Below are positions 26,840-32,000 of a stretch of DNA of 32,000 nt, in pieces (position 1 is the first letter of the stretch; the number at the start of each line of letters is the position of its first letter). The position numbers were made by a program, and so were the translations under genes. The stretch spans positions 30,001 through 62,000 of the forward strand of contig CAKUIA010000008.1 in NCBI GenBank assembly GCA_934660865.1. Reading direction: 5' to 3'. The notes beneath the pieces are model-generated. The model was not told the DNA's origin, searched no databases, and saw only the letters and a program-made list of their open reading frames with translations. This DNA comes from an uncultured Opitutales bacterium. GTDB taxonomy: Bacteria; Verrucomicrobiota; Verrucomicrobiia; Opitutales; Intestinicryptomonadaceae.

Positions 26840-27556
26840 TTACACCGGCAGGTTTTCGAAAAACACCTTTGCCAAAGTGGCCGCCAAAACATTCGGGTTG
26901 GCGCTTTCGGGCAAAGCCGCATAGTTTACCCCTATGCCCGCGCTAAGCGAGCTTACAAAATCGCCCTCGCTTAAAAATTCGCACAACACCCCGCACAGTT
27001 TTTCGCCGTTTAGGTAAACCGCGTTTTTTTGAGCCAGCAATTTTCCCGAACAGCTTTTTTGCAGAAGCAATGCCGCCTTTTTTGCGAGACTTTCGCTTAG
27101 CAAGCCCCTGCCTTTAACGGCGCGCATGGGCGAAAGCGAGCAGCTTAGCGCAAACGACTTTTTGCGCGAACGCCACTTTCCGCCGCAGGCCGCCCTGCCT
27201 TTTGTCTGCTCCAAGGCCAAAACCGCGTAGGAATTTTCGGGGTTTTCCACCGCAAGCGACAAAGCCCTTACGTTTGTGCTGTCGACAGTGTCGAAAAATA
27301 CCGGCGTACACCCCAAGCCAAGCCCGGCTATTTCGGCAAAAAAAGCGTATTTGCGGGGAGTTTTCGGCAGGCCTTCAAGCCTGTAGCCAAGTTTGCGCAC
27401 CGCCGAAAACGAAAAACCGTCGGCCTTTAAAAGCTCTATTTTTTGGCGCAACCCCACCCTGCTTAGCCCGAAATATTTCGACAAAGCCTCGCCCGAAAGA
27501 TATTCGCCGTTTGCCTGCATAAATTTTAGGGCTATTGTGCTTGGGTCTTTTTTCAT
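26840..27556 (-). CDS. BirA-like protein: HTH plus truncated, motif-degenerate biotin-protein-ligase domain (probable regulator)
   Basis: The N-terminus aligns by eye to the E. coli BirA HTH (ANGEYLSGEALSKYFGLSRVGLRQKIELLKADGFSFSAVRKLGYRL). The ligase core is collinear (VDSTN ... GRAACGGKW ... GEKLCGVLCE ... GIGVN). However, GRGRRGRKW is degraded, and at 238 aa it lacks the C-terminal domain. Confidence 0.7.
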   Translation of the reverse strand: MKKDPSTIALKFMQANGEYLSGEALSKYFGLSRVGLRQKIELLKADGFSFSAVRKLGYRLEGLPKTPRKYAFFAEIAGLGLGCTPVFFDTVDSTNVRALSLAVENPENSYAVLALEQTKGRAACGGKWRSRKKSFALSCSLSPMRAVKGRGLLSESLAKKAALLLQKSCSGKLLAQKNAVYLNGEKLCGVLCEFLSEGDFVSSLSAGIGVNYAALPESANPNVLAATLAKVFFENLPV

Positions 27557-27636
27557 ATTGTACTTATGCTGCGCAATATCTCACAGCGGCAAAAATTCTT
27601 CAACCAAAAAAATTGCGGGCCAAAGGCGGCATTTAA

Positions 27637-27677
27637 AATATATGTTAACTAATTTTTTTATTGACTTAACATATATT
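27637..27677. promoter_or_regulatory. Operator-like perfect inverted repeat with a BirA-box-like core in the birA-like/TonB-receptor divergent region
   Basis: AATATATGTTAA (27637-27648), N17, TTAACATATATT (27666-27677): 12/12 complementary. The core reads TGTTAAC-N15-cTTAACA. It lies 22 nt upstream of the receptor ATG (27700) and about 80 nt upstream of the birA-like start (27556). Confidence 0.5.
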
Positions 27678-27699
27678 CGGGGCTTTTCTCGCCAAAAAT

Positions 27700-29595
27700 A
27701 TGCAAAAACACAAACGTACCAATTTTAAGGCGAAAACGCTCGCCGCCGTTTTGCAAATGCTTTGCGCCCTTGTTGCAGCCCGTGCCGACGGCGCCGGCGA
27801 GCCCGAATTCGGCGGCATTTTAGACGAGCTTGGCGCCACGGAAAGCGCGCAAACGCCCTTTGTAAGCGTAGGCACCAACGGCGACTTGGGGCTTGCAGAA
27901 TCGCTTAAATTCGAGCCCGACACCTCCCTATACGGCAGAAGCAACATGCAAAGCGACATTTCCCTTAGGGGCGCTTCGTTCGAAAATTCGGGAATAAGCA
28001 TAGGCAACGCAAATATCTACGACCCGCAAACGGGGCACTATGCCGCCGAAATACCCGTGCCCGAAATTATGCTTAAAAAGCCCGAATTTTTGTTTTCCAG
28101 CCAAAACAATTTTAGGGGCTTTAACTCGGCCTCGGGTTGCGTTTTCTACGACTTTGCCGAAATAGAAAGCAATACGTTGTCGGCAAAAACCGTTATAGGC
28201 AGCTACGGCGAAATTTCGCTTTCGGCATACGCCGCGGTAAAGAACGATTTTGAAAACAAGCTTAAACTGTCGGCCGACTTTTTCTACAACCGCGCCGAAG
28301 CCTCGGGCCCATTCGACAACACCGACAGCCTTTTAAACATGTATTCGGGCAGAATAAACGCCTACTACGGCAAAATTAAATCGACATTTTTTTACGGCTA
28401 CCAATCCAAAAACTACGGCTGGCCGAATATGTATGTGCCGCGCCCCTTCGGCATTTTAGAATACGAAGCCTTGCGCACAAACCTGTTTTTATACAACGCA
28501 AGCGCCGAAATAAACGAATTTAACAAAATAAGCCTTTCGGCATACTACCGAAAGAACGACGACCTATACACAATGCCGACCGCCAACTACAAGGCCGAGC
28601 ACGAAACGAACGTGTATTTTGTTTCGCTTTCGGGGCAGACGGGCACGGAAAGGCTGCGCCTGAATTTAAAGGCCGACTTTGCCCACGACAACATTCAAAG
28701 CACGGGGCTTTTTACAAACTACCCGTTTTCGGGGGGAACTTTTGCGCGCGACCGCTTTAAGATTGCGGCTTTGCCCGAATGGATATTTTACAGCACAACC
28801 CGCGACAGCGCCAAAATTTTGGCGGGCTTAAATGCCGACTATTGCCGCGGCTATGCCGTGGCCGTAAACCCCGCGGCGCGAATGGAATATGCAAACGAAA
28901 ACGCGCAAATGCCGTTTTTGTGCTATTTGGATTTTGCGAAAACCTCGCAAGCTCCCTCCTATACCGCAATAGGCGGCAGAGACGGCGGGCCTTTTGGCGG
29001 CAACCCATACCTGCCGCTGCAGCACACCCTAAACGCCGAAGGCGGCGTAAAAATAACGCGGGGCAATCTTTCGCTTACGCCAAAGATTTTCTACCGCAAA
29101 GACTGCGATTTAACCGAATGGGGCTACGAATTTTCAAGCCCGTTCCAGCGCAAGGCAACGGCGGTAGACGGCGAAACTTTCGGGCTTGAGCTTGAGTGCG
29201 AATACGAATTTTCGGAGCCGAACATAAAGATTTTTGCGGCCTACATATTTACCGAAAAAAGCGAGGACTGGCAATGGCAGCACTACGACGCAAGCTTTTA
29301 TTTCGGCGACTGGGCAAAACACCGGGCCATTTTAAAGGTTGAATACAACATACTCGACAATCTGAAAATAGGTCTTAAAAACGAGCTGAGGTTTCAGGAG
29401 CAAAACCTGCTAAGAAGCGGAACGCTAAACCCCGTGTTAAGCTCGTTCGAAATTTCGTACGTTCCGAATATTCTCGAAAACCGAATTTGCATTTCGGCCG
29501 AAATTTCAAACCTGTTCAATTCGTCGTGGCAGCCCGTAGCGGGTGTGCGCCCCTATCCCAGGTGTGCCAGGCTTGCAATAAGCATTTCCCTTTAG
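27700..29595 (+). CDS. TonB-dependent outer-membrane receptor
   Basis: Signal peptide MQKHKRTNFKAKTLAAVLQMLCALVAARA. Plug-domain pattern DISLRGASFENSGISIGNANIYDPQTGHY. The remainder is long and rich in beta-strands and aromatic residues. The C-terminal barrel motif is NLFNSSWQPVAG.RPYPR.ARLAISISL. Confidence 0.75.
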   Translation: MQKHKRTNFKAKTLAAVLQMLCALVAARADGAGEPEFGGILDELGATESAQTPFVSVGTNGDLGLAESLKFEPDTSLYGRSNMQSDISLRGASFENSGISIGNANIYDPQTGHYAAEIPVPEIMLKKPEFLFSSQNNFRGFNSASGCVFYDFAEIESNTLSAKTVIGSYGEISLSAYAAVKNDFENKLKLSADFFYNRAEASGPFDNTDSLLNMYSGRINAYYGKIKSTFFYGYQSKNYGWPNMYVPRPFGILEYEALRTNLFLYNASAEINEFNKISLSAYYRKNDDLYTMPTANYKAEHETNVYFVSLSGQTGTERLRLNLKADFAHDNIQSTGLFTNYPFSGGTFARDRFKIAALPEWIFYSTTRDSAKILAGLNADYCRGYAVAVNPAARMEYANENAQMPFLCYLDFAKTSQAPSYTAIGGRDGGPFGGNPYLPLQHTLNAEGGVKITRGNLSLTPKIFYRKDCDLTEWGYEFSSPFQRKATAVDGETFGLELECEYEFSEPNIKIFAAYIFTEKSEDWQWQHYDASFYFGDWAKHRAILKVEYNILDNLKIGLKNELRFQEQNLLRSGTLNPVLSSFEISYVPNILENRICISAEISNLFNSSWQPVAGVRPYPRCARLAISISL

Positions 29596-29608
29596 CGGCA
29601 TTGGCGGC

Positions 29609-29636
29609 AAAACCCCGCGCTATTTGTCGGGGTTTT
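29609..29636 (+). terminator. Hairpin terminator after the TonB-dependent receptor gene (overlaps the uup 3' end)
   Basis: AAAACCCCG (29609-29617), a 10-nt loop, and CGGGGTTTT (29628-29636). The T-run is only 4 nt, so this is a moderate call. Confidence 0.5.
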
Positions 29637-31527
29637 CAAGGCTGTCTTTGCGCTCCTGCAAAAATTCCCACCTTGCAAAAAGCTCTTCGTCCTCCTTTTG
29701 AATCTGCGCAATGCGCCCGTTTATTTCGGCTATTTTTGCGGAATTTGCCCTGACAAAATCGGCCGACTGCAACTTTTGGGTAAGTTCGGCCATTTCGCTT
29801 TCTAGCGCGTCTATTTTTTGGGGAATGCTTTCAAGCTCGGCGCGCTCGCGGTTGGTAAACTTTTCGCGCTTTTTTTGCGTATATGCAATTTTCTTTTTTT
29901 CGTCTTTTTGCGGAGGCTGTATTTTTTCGTTTTGCGCGGCGTATTTTTCCCATTCGTCGTAGCCGCCAACTAGTTCCGTAATTTTGCCGTTTTCGCCGAA
30001 GCAAAATACGCCCGTTACAATGTTGTTAAGGAAAGACCTGTCGTGCGAAACAAGCAAAATGGTGCCTTCGAACGAAACGAGCGCGGCCTCCAAAATCTCT
30101 ATGGTTTCCATATCCAAGTCGTTGGTAGGCTCGTCTAAAACCAAAACGTTGGCGGGAGCCGTAAAAAGCTTTGCAAGCATAAGCCTGTTTTTTTCGCCGC
30201 CGCTAAGCATGCCAATTTCGCCGTAAATCTGCTCGGGGCTAAACATAAACTTTTGCAGATAGCCCGCCGTATTTTGCCTTTGCCCCAAAACGCCGACAAA
30301 GTCGGAACCCTCGCCGACAAAGTCGAAGGGCGAGCTTTTGTCGTTTAGTTTAGCCCTTAGCTGGTCGAAATACGCCACCTTAAAATTTGTGCCAGTTTCA
30401 ACATTGCCCGAATCGGGCTTAATTTTGCCAAGCAGCACGTTAAGCAATGTGGTTTTACCTATGCCGTTGCGGCCTATAATGCCTATTTTGTCGCCCCTGT
30501 AAATTGTGGTCGAAAAACCGTCTATAATCTTTTTGCCGCCGAACGAAAGCGAAACGTTTTCGGCCTCGAAAACCTTTTGCCCGCCCTCTACGGGGCCGGC
30601 AATCTTAAGGTCTAAAACGCCCGCGCGGCTGCGCCTTTGGCTTCGTATCTGCCTAAGTTTCATCAACTCGCGCACCCTGCCCTCGTTTCGGGTTCTGCGC
30701 GCTTTTATGCCGCGCCTAAGCCAAACTTCCTCCTTTGCAAGCTTTTTGTCGAAAGCCGCCTCGTTGCGCTCCTGCGACTTTAAAAGCTCGTCCCTTCTAA
30801 CTATAAATTCGTCGAACGGGCAGTCGAAAGATATAAGCTTTGCCCTGTCTACCTCGACAACCCTTGTCGCCAAATTGCGCAAAAAAGTCCTGTCGTGCGA
30901 AACAAACACAAGCGTTTTTTTGCACTCCTTAAGGAATTTTTCAAGCCACAAAACCGAGTCTATGTCAAGGTGGTTGGTAGGCTCGTCAAGCAAAAGAACG
31001 TCGGGGTTCGACACAAAGCCCTTGCCCAACAGTGCCCTGCGCTTTATGCCCGCCGATGCGGTAGAAAGCTCCAAGTTTGGATCTAGCTCCAGCTTTTTTA
31101 CCGTGTCGGAAATTTCGGCGCCCAAGCCCCATAGGGACATTTCGTCTATCCTGTGCGAAAGCGCGTCGAATTCGGCCTGAAATTGCGCGAAATCGGGGCT
31201 GTCTACCATCGAAAGCAGTTGGTTGTACCTGCAAAAAATTTCGCCCTTTTCGCCCAGCCCCGAAGCTACAACGGAATATACCGAACCGCTTAAAGACATT
31301 GGAACATCTTGCTGCAGATACGCCGTTTTAATTCCGTTTTTGCGCTCTACAAGCCCTAAATCGGGCAAATGCTCGCCCGAAATAAGCTTTAGCAAACTTG
31401 TTTTGCCGCAGCCGTTGCGGCCTACAAGGGCAAGCCTGTCGCCCTCGGCAATATTCAAATCGGCGCAGTCCAGCAAAACGTGCGCACCGTATCTATACGA
31501 AACTTCGCTTAAAGAAATAACGCTCAT
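29620..31527 (-). CDS. uup: ABC-F family ATPase Uup
   Basis: 635 aa. Two ABC cassettes are joined by the linker KLAKEEVWLRRGIKARRTRNEGRVREL, and the C-terminus is a coiled coil. It is collinear with E. coli Uup as recalled. Confidence 0.88.
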   Translation of the reverse strand: MSVISLSEVSYRYGAHVLLDCADLNIAEGDRLALVGRNGCGKTSLLKLISGEHLPDLGLVERKNGIKTAYLQQDVPMSLSGSVYSVVASGLGEKGEIFCRYNQLLSMVDSPDFAQFQAEFDALSHRIDEMSLWGLGAEISDTVKKLELDPNLELSTASAGIKRRALLGKGFVSNPDVLLLDEPTNHLDIDSVLWLEKFLKECKKTLVFVSHDRTFLRNLATRVVEVDRAKLISFDCPFDEFIVRRDELLKSQERNEAAFDKKLAKEEVWLRRGIKARRTRNEGRVRELMKLRQIRSQRRSRAGVLDLKIAGPVEGGQKVFEAENVSLSFGGKKIIDGFSTTIYRGDKIGIIGRNGIGKTTLLNVLLGKIKPDSGNVETGTNFKVAYFDQLRAKLNDKSSPFDFVGEGSDFVGVLGQRQNTAGYLQKFMFSPEQIYGEIGMLSGGEKNRLMLAKLFTAPANVLVLDEPTNDLDMETIEILEAALVSFEGTILLVSHDRSFLNNIVTGVFCFGENGKITELVGGYDEWEKYAAQNEKIQPPQKDEKKKIAYTQKKREKFTNRERAELESIPQKIDALESEMAELTQKLQSADFVRANSAKIAEINGRIAQIQKEDEELFARWEFLQERKDSLENPDK

Positions 31528-32000
31528 CTACACACCCAAATACGCCTTTTCGTATATATTGCACATATCCGTTTGGTTAAGCTTTTTAAATGCGCCAATG
31601 CTGCGCGTACCAAAAAAGCTGCATTTTTCGGCGAGAAGCTGCGGGTTGTAGTCGGTTTTGGATATTCCCATATCGGCAACGCAAACGGGCATATTTATTT
31701 GCCTAAAAAATTCCCTAAACTTTTCAACGCACATAGTTGCGGCAAGCTCGTCGCTAGGCTCGTCTATGCCGAAAACGCCGCGGCCCAGCTTTGCAAAGCG
31801 CTTAAAGTCGGTATCCATAACGTATTTTGCCCAAGTAGGCCAAACCGCCGCAAGCCCCGCGCCGTGGGCAACGCCGTATAGCGCGCTTAACTCGTGCTCA
31901 AGCTGGTGGCATGCCCAGTCGCCCAAAAACCTGTCGCCCGTTGTTCCGTTGTGCGACAGCGTAGAAGCCCACATAATTTCGGAGCGCGCGTTGTAGTTTT
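31528..32000 (-). CDS. Iron-containing (group III) alcohol dehydrogenase, butanol-dehydrogenase/YqhD-like; C-terminal part only (continues beyond the window)
   Basis: HELSALYGVAHGAGLAAVWPTWAKYV is a typical Fe-ADH metal/His region. The frame stays open upstream of the track's Met to nt 32000 (...NYNARSEIMWASTLSHNG). Its stop codon directly abuts the uup start codon. Confidence 0.8.
   Translation of the reverse strand, partial: NYNARSEIMWASTLSHNGTTGDRFLGDWACHQLEHELSALYGVAHGAGLAAVWPTWAKYVMDTDFKRFAKLGRGVFGIDEPSDELAATMCVEKFREFFRQINMPVCVADMGISKTDYNPQLLAEKCSFFGTRSIGAFKKLNQTDMCNIYEKAYLGV

Noticed and set aside
1-32000. CRISPR arrays, tRNA/rRNA genes, IS elements, integrases, prophage genes
   Set aside because: Intergenic regions are short (258 bp or less). 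None shows regularly spaced repeats, tRNA T-arm signatures or terminal inverted repeats. No ORF has transposase, integrase or phage-structural motifs.

Overview
This is a gene-dense chromosomal segment, roughly 90% coding. The host is a Gram-negative bacterium, probably gut or host-glycan associated: there is a PEP-CTERM-like sorting signal, a TonB-dependent receptor and GH92/GH110 enzymes. Most start codons lack a strong Shine-Dalgarno. I cannot assign the phylum from sequence alone.

I support 24 CDS, 7 rho-independent terminator hairpins and 1 operator-like palindrome. I found no rRNA, tRNA, CRISPR array, transposase or integrase.

- **Recognisable core genes:** htpG, class II ilvC, thiM-thiE, uup (ABC-F), a modF-like double ABC ATPase, a YidE/YbjL-type transporter, and a 3'-terminal fragment of an iron-type alcohol dehydrogenase.
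- **Lipid gene:** a tri-domain acyl-ligase/carrier/PlsC-acyltransferase fusion.
- **Glycan genes:** a GH110-like alpha-galactosidase, a GH92 alpha-mannosidase and two further secreted GH-like proteins, with a TetR regulator.

Three regions deserve a second look.
1. **3593-8243** is an accessory segment. It holds a Septu-type PtuA/PtuB pair (P-loop ATPase plus a TIGR02646-like HNH nuclease, start/stop overlap ATGA). Divergently transcribed from it is a low-GC, tightly coupled three-gene operon with no family I can recognise: a 543-aa Cys-rich protein with a hydrophobic N-terminus and two small polytopic membrane proteins.
2. **26840-29595** holds a short BirA-like protein whose ligase motifs are degraded. 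It is divergent from a TonB-dependent receptor, and a 12-bp perfect inverted repeat with a BirA-box-like core (TGTTAAC-N15-cTTAACA) lies between them.
3. **thiM-thiE** lacks a visible THI-box in its leader.

All homology calls were made by eye and from memory of family motifs. No searches were run.
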